Shown here piece by piece: positions 20,601 through 25,723 of a stretch of 25,723 nucleotides of DNA. The notes under the pieces were generated by a model. The model searched no databases. It was not told the origin of the DNA and saw only the letters and a list, made by a program, of their open reading frames with translations. Position 1 is the first letter of the stretch, and the number at the start of each line of letters is the position of its first letter. The stretch is from IMG/VR virus record IMGVR_UViG_3300010297_000072, positions 1 through 25,723 of that record; one strand, 5' to 3'. The stretch is from a virus (lineage: Duplodnaviria; Caudoviricetes). The translations under genes and the position numbers were made by a program.

Positions 20601-23600
20601 TTTGGAAATGATGTTCCAACTCTATTGAATGGTGTTAGAGCATCAGATACGTTAGACTTTAGACCCAGAGTTTCTCCATTTGTATCTTCATCACTTTCAC
20701 CGTTTGACTTTGCAAGTAGATCATTTGCCGCATCTGGAAATAATCCAACTTTAGTATTAACTCCAAATGAAAGTTCAACAGTAGGATATACATATTATCT
20801 ACCAAGAATTGATAAAGTTGTTCTTGGTAAAAATGGTAATTTTACATTAATAAAAGGATCTTCTTCAGTAAGTCCAAAATCACCGTCATCTATTGATAAT
20901 TCAATGGATGTTGCTGAGATAGAACTTCCAGCATATCTCTACAATCCTGAAGATAGTGTTATTAGATTGACTAGTAACAAGAGATATACGATGAAAGATA
21001 TTGGTACTTTAGAGGAAAGAATTGAAAATGTTGAAATTGCTTCTTCTCTATCGTTACTTGAATTAAATACGCAGGCATTGCAAGTAACAGATTCTGATGG
21101 AATCAGTAAATTTAAATCTGGATTCTTTGTAGATAATTTTAAAACAAATAATTTTATTGACCTTGAGAATTCAGACGCAAAATGTGTTATCGATAAAGAT
21201 ACTGAAGAATTAAATGCAGATATTTCACTATATTCGTTAAAATCTGAAGTTGCGGTAGATGGTAGCGTAAATTTAGATAGTGCAGACTTCTCATCAAATC
21301 TAAGTCTATTAGATAATAATGTTAAGAAGACTGGTGACCTCATCACATTAAACTATACAGAAACTTCTGCTGGAATTGGACAAACTTATAGTACTCTACA
21401 GCAAAATGTAAATCCTGCTGGCGTATCAAACTATAATGGGTATGTTAAATTAACTCCATCTTCAGACACTTGGGTAAGATCTATTAATTCTCAAAGTGGT
21501 CTTATTATTAGATCTCAAGGTGATTGGAATGATACCTTTGTAAACAATATTTTAAATAGCACTTCTCCATCAAATAAGTTCAAGTCGAAAAACGTTCAGT
21601 TCTATGCAACTGGTCTCCAACCAAATACACAATACTATTCATTCTTTGATGGTAATTCGAATATCGATGTAATACCAAAACTATTACAAGTTACAATGTC
21701 TTCTGGGTCTGCTTCTTTCCAGGCAGGAGAATCTGTAGATGTTTATAATGCTGGAGTTAAAGTCGGTAGTTTTAGACTAGCATCAGCTACACATAAGAAA
21801 GGTTTATATAATGCTACTACTCCAACCGTAGAATACACTCAAAATCCATATAATACATCACTCAGTATTGCATCATATTCATCATCATCCACTGTTGTAA
21901 ATATTGATACTTATTCTTTATCTGATGATGCTTCTGGAAGATTCTTCGGATATACTCCACAAGGAGCAACTCTGATTGGAAAAACTTCAGGTGCTCAAGC
22001 AACAGTTTCAGCACAATCTTTGACTACTGATAACTTTGGCGATCTGATCGGATGTTTCTTTATAAGAAACCCACTTCAAACTCCAACACCATCGTCAACT
22101 TTTGGATCTGGATCAAAAACGTTTAAGTTATCCTCAAGTTCCACAAATTCTTCTGCAACTTCGGTAACTTATACTCAAAATACATTCTATGCTTCTGGAC
22201 TTGTAAATTCAAATACTTATACTGAAGGTGTTAGTGTAAGAAGAACTTCACCTGCATTACCTCTTAATGCACTGAGACCAGATCCACTTTCACAGACATT
22301 CAAAACTGATAATGATGGATTCTTCTTATCATCTGTAGACTTATACTTTGCAAGTAAGGATAGTGATGAAAAAATATTTGTTGAAGTTAGAGAAACTGAT
22401 ATTGGTGGAACTCCAAAAACTAACTTAGTTCAAGATTATGCTAGAGCAGAGTTGTATCCATCAGGAATTACAACCTCATCTAATGGTCAAACCGCAACAA
22501 ATGTAGTTTTCCCATCTCCAATCTACTTGGAACCAAATAAGCAGTATGCACTAACATTAACTTGCCCATCTTCTGGAGATTATAAAGTTTGGATTGCTAA
22601 AACTAATGAGGCAACCGTAGCAACTCAAAACTTACCAGATGCACAACAAGTAATTTATTCCAACAATTATATTGGTGGAAACTTATATAAACCACAAAAT
22701 GGATCTGTTTGGAATTCTTCAATTTCTGAAGATTTAACTTTCAATTTGTATAAGTGTAACTTTACTTCCACAACTGGAACTGCATATTTCAATAATCCCA
22801 ATGTTTCTGTTGGAAGCACTACATATGTTGATGATTTAAATGTACCAAAACTGATTGCAAATCCAATAAAAACTTTCCCAAGAAAGTTAAATGTTGGAAT
22901 TTCTACCTCACCAGATTCTGTAGTAGGATCAATACTTACAAACGGCACTAAGATTGGTGAAGGAGACGCTTACGGGTACATTGAGAACGTTGGAGGCAAC
23001 GTTGTTGCTATAACCACCTCAAACGTCGGTACAGGGTATTCTAACGGCACATTTACTGGCGTTCCATTATTCAATATTACTGGATATGGAATAAGTGCTA
23101 CTGCAGATATCACCGTTACTAACAATGAAATTTCAAATGTTTCTATTGCATATAGTGGTTCTGGATATGCAGTCGGAGACGTTCTTGGAATCACTACCAG
23201 TTCTGTCGTAAAAGGTAGTGGTGCTAGATTAACAGTATCCGAAAGATCAAATATTGATACTTTGTATTTGACTAATGCACGTGGATTGCAGTTTACTTTA
23301 AGTCAACCAATATCTTACTATGTTGGAGACACTGCAGTATCACTCGCAGGAACTGTAGTTACACAAAATTCTTACGTTCCAAATTATGTTTATTCTGGTA
23401 ACGTATTTGAGGTTACTCAATATAATCATGGAATGCAGTCTAATAACAATACTGTTGTTATTTCTGGTGTTTTCCCAGATACTCCAGGAGAAGCAATCAC
23501 TGCAAGTGTAACTTCAGACAGCACAACTATTTCTCTAGGAAGCACTGCAAACTTCACTTCTTTCGAAGGACTTTCAGTAAGTGCTAGTAACCCTGGATAT

Positions 23601-24737
23601 GTTTTAATTAACAATGAAGTTATTTCTTATACTTCTGTTGGATCTGGAACATTAACAATTGGTCAGAGAGGCAAATTTGGATCTCCAACAAAAACACATG
23701 CATCTGGAGATATAGCATACAAATATGAACTAAATGGAGTTTCTCTCTCAAGAATTAACAGGCAACATGCACTACCATCAAATTCTTATTTGAATAGTGT
23801 AAGAGGAACTGATAAGTATCATTTAGAATTTGATAGATCTTATCTATCTGATAGATCCGCTGGAGATACTCAGTTGAGCTTTACTGATGAAAAGGTTGCG
23901 GGTGGATCTAATTGTAAGGCATCTCAAAACATTCAATTCTCGTCTATTGCACCATACTTCAATGTTTTAACTCCAGATAATACCTCAGTTTCTTCATTGA
24001 TTAGAACAACCTCTGGTACAAGTGTTGATGGATCTGAGACATCATATGTAGATCAAGGATTCCAATCAGTATCTTTAAATGATCTGAATTATTTTAATAC
24101 TCCAAGACTAGTTGCTTCTAGAATTAACGAAACTAATCTACTATCGTCAAATACTAATAGCAAGTCACTAACATTAGGTATAACTTTATCATCTTCCAAT
24201 ACAAATCTATCTCCAGTAATTGATACATCAGAGGCTGCTACATTTGTCTTTGGTAGAAATAGAATTAACAAACCAATAGAAAATTATGCATATGATTCAA
24301 GATCTAATGCATCAACTGGTGATCCACATTCTAGCGTCTATGTTTCTAAGAGGGTTGATTTAAAACAACCAGCAAATTCACTCAAAGTTTTAGTGTCTGC
24401 ATATAGACATGCATCAAGTGATTTTAGAGTTCTTTATAAGTTGATTAAATCGGACTCTAGTGAAGTAGATCAATCATTCCAATTGTTCCCAGGATATTCA
24501 AATCTTAGCGATCAAAATGGAGATGGTATCGGAGACACTGTTGTCGATGTTTCTCTCAATAATGGTTTACCAGATGCCTTTGTTAGAGCAAGTAATGAAG
24601 ATGAATATCTAGAGTATCAATTTACTGCTAATGATATTGGTGAATTCTCCGGATTTGTAATTAAAATTGTTATGAATGGTACTAATGAAGCATATGCACC
24701 AAGATTTAAAGATCTCAGAGCGATTGCATTAGCATGA
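17649..24737 (+). CDS. VrlC-like / DUF4815 large virion structural protein (2362 aa)
   Basis: LNVSPYFDDFD..KNFYRVLFKPG.PVQSRELTTLQSILQ.QIE.FG, APGADRLKI, AKRTYEESGDY.V, YYLPRID, RYTMKDIG.LE.RI, FKSGFFVDNF, DPLSQTF and C-terminal PRFKDLRAIALA. This is the usual gene after gp8 in cyanomyoviruses. Confidence 0.88.
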   Translation: MSQKTDLNVSPYFDDFDPAKNFYRVLFKPGFPVQSRELTTLQSILQGQIESFGSHFFKEGSVVIPGNVIYDPEYYAVKINDLHLGLDVGVYLKDLIGKKIKGQTSQVTAIVKNVVTKEESVDDSYTLFVKYLTSDVNNTPNPFSSGETLISLSTFVYGNTTVNSGQTIASLLTNNATSVGSAVSISEGVYFIRGSFVTVSDSTLILDQYSNTPSYRVGLNISETIEFASSENPELFDNARGFSNYSAPGADRLKISAVLSKKAITDFDDKNFIEILRISNGVIKKLQDSNTYSLIKDYIAKRTYEESGDYSVKPFSVEVKNSLNDRISSDGIYFDTQKTDQNNTPTDDLLSVRISPGKAYVKGFDIEKSETTILDVEKPRDTLTVSSSSVPFEMGNLLRVNNVSGSPVIGIDNNYTVSLRDQRKSSTISGSGNEIGKARVYSFGLSNSAYSNATSKWDLYLFDVQTHTKLTLNQSLNSDSCPASSRIKGLSSGATGYVVSAPTDENVTITQTSGTFSPGEQISINGSTEYSRTVETVREYKVSDVKSLYQDSSTIGLSTDFVADTFLSSKVIPNFNSTDTLTISPSGIATCAGRNFIGVASDTIIRYQRTGFSTETFNRISGISTDGLTITLSGISTVTGVCDGAIPDSETSTTFSIGVPSILNEDNAFLYAKLNDKNVSEVNFVGSELRVSRQTTGKSTNAVGTLAVSLADVGITSAYFETFDTERYSVIYSDGTVEPLTSDKFSLDSSGTAITLSGLTPSQSNVVVNSTVKKNSIKNKQKLYVRSQKIEVSKCVSGASAAVSGLTTSKYYGLRVQDEEISLNVADVANVVAIYESVNNSSPVLDSLNFQSGLDLNTNAILGEKVIGGTSGAVGQVVTRNTSTKVEFVYLNSNKFVNNETITFEESNIVAPVQSITPGAYVDRTEEYTLDKGQREQFYDYSRIVRKDPSTSPARRMLVIYDYYTVPSSDSGDVYTANSYSPERFGNDVPTLLNGVRASDTLDFRPRVSPFVSSSLSPFDFASRSFAASGNNPTLVLTPNESSTVGYTYYLPRIDKVVLGKNGNFTLIKGSSSVSPKSPSSIDNSMDVAEIELPAYLYNPEDSVIRLTSNKRYTMKDIGTLEERIENVEIASSLSLLELNTQALQVTDSDGISKFKSGFFVDNFKTNNFIDLENSDAKCVIDKDTEELNADISLYSLKSEVAVDGSVNLDSADFSSNLSLLDNNVKKTGDLITLNYTETSAGIGQTYSTLQQNVNPAGVSNYNGYVKLTPSSDTWVRSINSQSGLIIRSQGDWNDTFVNNILNSTSPSNKFKSKNVQFYATGLQPNTQYYSFFDGNSNIDVIPKLLQVTMSSGSASFQAGESVDVYNAGVKVGSFRLASATHKKGLYNATTPTVEYTQNPYNTSLSIASYSSSSTVVNIDTYSLSDDASGRFFGYTPQGATLIGKTSGAQATVSAQSLTTDNFGDLIGCFFIRNPLQTPTPSSTFGSGSKTFKLSSSSTNSSATSVTYTQNTFYASGLVNSNTYTEGVSVRRTSPALPLNALRPDPLSQTFKTDNDGFFLSSVDLYFASKDSDEKIFVEVRETDIGGTPKTNLVQDYARAELYPSGITTSSNGQTATNVVFPSPIYLEPNKQYALTLTCPSSGDYKVWIAKTNEATVATQNLPDAQQVIYSNNYIGGNLYKPQNGSVWNSSISEDLTFNLYKCNFTSTTGTAYFNNPNVSVGSTTYVDDLNVPKLIANPIKTFPRKLNVGISTSPDSVVGSILTNGTKIGEGDAYGYIENVGGNVVAITTSNVGTGYSNGTFTGVPLFNITGYGISATADITVTNNEISNVSIAYSGSGYAVGDVLGITTSSVVKGSGARLTVSERSNIDTLYLTNARGLQFTLSQPISYYVGDTAVSLAGTVVTQNSYVPNYVYSGNVFEVTQYNHGMQSNNNTVVISGVFPDTPGEAITASVTSDSTTISLGSTANFTSFEGLSVSASNPGYVLINNEVISYTSVGSGTLTIGQRGKFGSPTKTHASGDIAYKYELNGVSLSRINRQHALPSNSYLNSVRGTDKYHLEFDRSYLSDRSAGDTQLSFTDEKVAGGSNCKASQNIQFSSIAPYFNVLTPDNTSVSSLIRTTSGTSVDGSETSYVDQGFQSVSLNDLNYFNTPRLVASRINETNLLSSNTNSKSLTLGITLSSSNTNLSPVIDTSEAATFVFGRNRINKPIENYAYDSRSNASTGDPHSSVYVSKRVDLKQPANSLKVLVSAYRHASSDFRVLYKLIKSDSSEVDQSFQLFPGYSNLSDQNGDGIGDTVVDVSLNNGLPDAFVRASNEDEYLEYQFTANDIGEFSGFVIKIVMNGTNEAYAPRFKDLRAIALA

Positions 24738-24940
24738 TTCCCATAGAAGGTTTTCCAAATTTATTCAGAGATGAAAATTCTGGTGCTATTGTTAATTGTG
24801 ATACAATAGAATATCAGAATTATTCTAAAATGAAACAGAATAGATTAAAAGAAAAACGAGAAATTGAAAATTTGAAATCAGAAGTATCCGAAATTAAAAA
24901 CTTACTTATGGAGTTAATTAATGAAACCAGAAGAAATTAA
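24734..24940 (+). CDS. Small hypothetical protein (68 aa) with C-terminal coiled coil
   Basis: ATGA overlap with the upstream stop. IEG.PNL.RD.NSGAIVN N-terminus and heptad pattern EIENLKSEVSEIKNLLMELIN. Confidence 0.8.
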   Translation: MIPIEGFPNLFRDENSGAIVNCDTIEYQNYSKMKQNRLKEKREIENLKSEVSEIKNLLMELINETRRN

Positions 24941-25100
24941 TCTTGAGAGTGTTGATAAATTATTTGAGTATGAAAAGCACTCTAGATGTATAGATTCTTT
25001 AAATGTAGATGAATTAAAAAACTTTGCAAAACTTTACTGCAAATTATATTTGAGACAACAAGAAGTGATTGTATCTATGTCTTCTATGGGATTATTGTGA
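24921..25100 (+). CDS. 59-aa NblA-like (phycobilisome degradation adaptor-like) protein, absent from the ORF track
   Basis: Translated by hand: MKPEEINLESVDKLFEYEKHSRCIDSLNVDELKNFAKLYCKLYLRQQEVIVSMSSMGLL. GGAG SD at 24910-24913. Fills the gap up to the next promoter exactly. The helix-loop-helix hydrophobic pattern matches NblA. The ORF itself is more certain than the NblA assignment. Confidence 0.65.
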   Translation: MKPEEINLESVDKLFEYEKHSRCIDSLNVDELKNFAKLYCKLYLRQQEVIVSMSSMGLL

Positions 25101-25101
25101 G

Positions 25102-25109
25102 TATAAATA
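25102..25109 (+). promoter_or_regulatory. T4-type late promoter (TATAAATA)
   Basis: Perfect consensus 1 nt after the TGA at 25098-25100. Confidence 0.85.
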
Positions 25110-25137
25110 TACTTTAGATCCTGAAACTCACAATAAG

Positions 25138-25182
25138 ATGGCGGTTTTATATCCATATGCAATCTTTACGGAGTCATTGTAA
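25138..25182 (+). pseudogene. 14-codon mini-ORF (MAVLYPYAIFTESL), possible gene remnant or leader peptide
   Basis: First ATG after the late promoter. Its TAA (25180-25182) overlaps the ATG of the next ORF (TAATG). Confidence 0.3.
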
Positions 25183-25412
25183 TGGCAGACATAAAAGTAC
25201 GTGTTGGTCAACAAAACGCTGTAAAAGTTCTATCTTCAATTTCTGGAACTAGCTCCGGTACTCTTGCTGGATTGAGTGATATTGATGTAAGTGGTGGGTT
25301 ATCTAATGGAATGGTTCTAGTATATAATGGTTCAACCAATAAATGGGATGCAACTTTAGACCTAACTCCAGGAGCAACACAGAATCTAGACATTAACGGA
25401 GGTAGCTTTTAA
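25182..25412 (+). CDS. Small tail-fibre-associated hypothetical protein (76 aa)
   Basis: GGAG SD at 25170-25173. Contains one L..LSD.D......G.VLVY......W unit of the type repeated in phage fibres, and a C-terminal INGGSF. Coupled to the next gene by TAATG. Confidence 0.75.
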   Translation: MADIKVRVGQQNAVKVLSSISGTSSGTLAGLSDIDVSGGLSNGMVLVYNGSTNKWDATLDLTPGATQNLDINGGSF

Positions 25413-25723
25413 TGGCAAGCATTATTAGGGTCAAAAGATCTACGGGCACAACTGCCCCAGCCACCCTGAATTACGGTGAACTTGCCCTCACGATTGGTAG
25501 TGGAACACAGGCAAATAAAGGAGAAAGATTTTTTGTCGGTAATTCATCGAATAATCCGATAGAAATTGGTGGTAAATATTATACCGATCTTCTAGATCAT
25601 GTTCATGGTACTTTAACAGCATCTTCTGCTGTTATTGTTGATTCTAGCTCCAAAATTGACGTATGGAATGTAGATAATTTAAGGTTAGATGGTAATGCTA
25701 TTACCTCCACTGATACTGATGGA
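25412..25723 (+). CDS. Tail-fibre-like structural protein, 5' part (runs off the window)
   Basis: Translated by hand, open to the window end: MASIIRVKRSTGTTAPATLNYGELALTIGSGTQANKGERFFVGNSSNNPIEIGGKYYTDLLDH...WNVDNLRLDGNAITSTDTDG. The I..KRS....P..L..GELA N-terminus is typical of phage fibre attachment domains. Confidence 0.8.
   Translation, partial: MASIIRVKRSTGTTAPATLNYGELALTIGSGTQANKGERFFVGNSSNNPIEIGGKYYTDLLDHVHGTLTASSAVIVDSSSKIDVWNVDNLRLDGNAITSTDTDG

Noticed and set aside
22992-23013. Internal GGAGG SD with TTG start inside the VrlC-like gene
   Set aside because: The frame closes almost at once (TTG TTG CTA TAA).
22941-23060. AAC-rich tract as a diversity-generating retroelement template repeat
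   Set aside because: I saw no second near-identical copy differing at adenines, and there is no reverse transcriptase in the window.
3312-24737. Inteins, introns or homing endonucleases explaining the giant ORFs
   Set aside because: No intein splice-junction, LAGLIDADG, HNH or GIY-YIG motifs recognised. The ORFs are uninterrupted and their length is explained by structural modules.
260-25393. Numerous 60-135 aa minus-strand ORFs (e.g. 12251..12619, 14102..14446, 20939..21346)
   Set aside because: They lie wholly or mostly antisense to + strand genes. Many are Pro/Ile/Val/Thr-rich mirror translations of Gly/Thr/Asn codons, and none shows a recognisable motif.
1-25723. Bacterial contractile injection system, T6SS or prophage; CRISPR arrays; tRNAs
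   Set aside because: The gp25-gp6-gp7-gp8-VrlC order with TATAAATA promoters indicates a lytic T4-like phage. No regularly spaced DNA repeats or cloverleaf structures were seen, and the intergenic gaps are too short.

Overview
An AT-rich, almost fully + strand late structural-gene block of a T4-like myovirus, most likely a cyanophage. Gene order: two hypothetical genes, baseplate gp25, gp6, a giant modular gp7 (4247 aa), gp8, a VrlC/DUF4815-like virion protein (2362 aa), several small ORFs, and the 5' end of a tail-fibre-like gene. T4-type late promoter motifs (NATAAATA) precede most genes, two of them inside upstream coding sequence. The most interesting items are not in the ORF track. They are a 59-aa NblA-like ORF (24921..25100) inside the structural operon, a two-hairpin/pseudoknot leader that hides the ribosome-binding site of the 85-aa ORF (705..757), and a 14-codon minigene or gene remnant (25138..25182). 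Also notable are nested domain insertions in gp7, GC3-rich patches and apparent GGCC avoidance. All family assignments come from motif recognition by eye, not from database searches.
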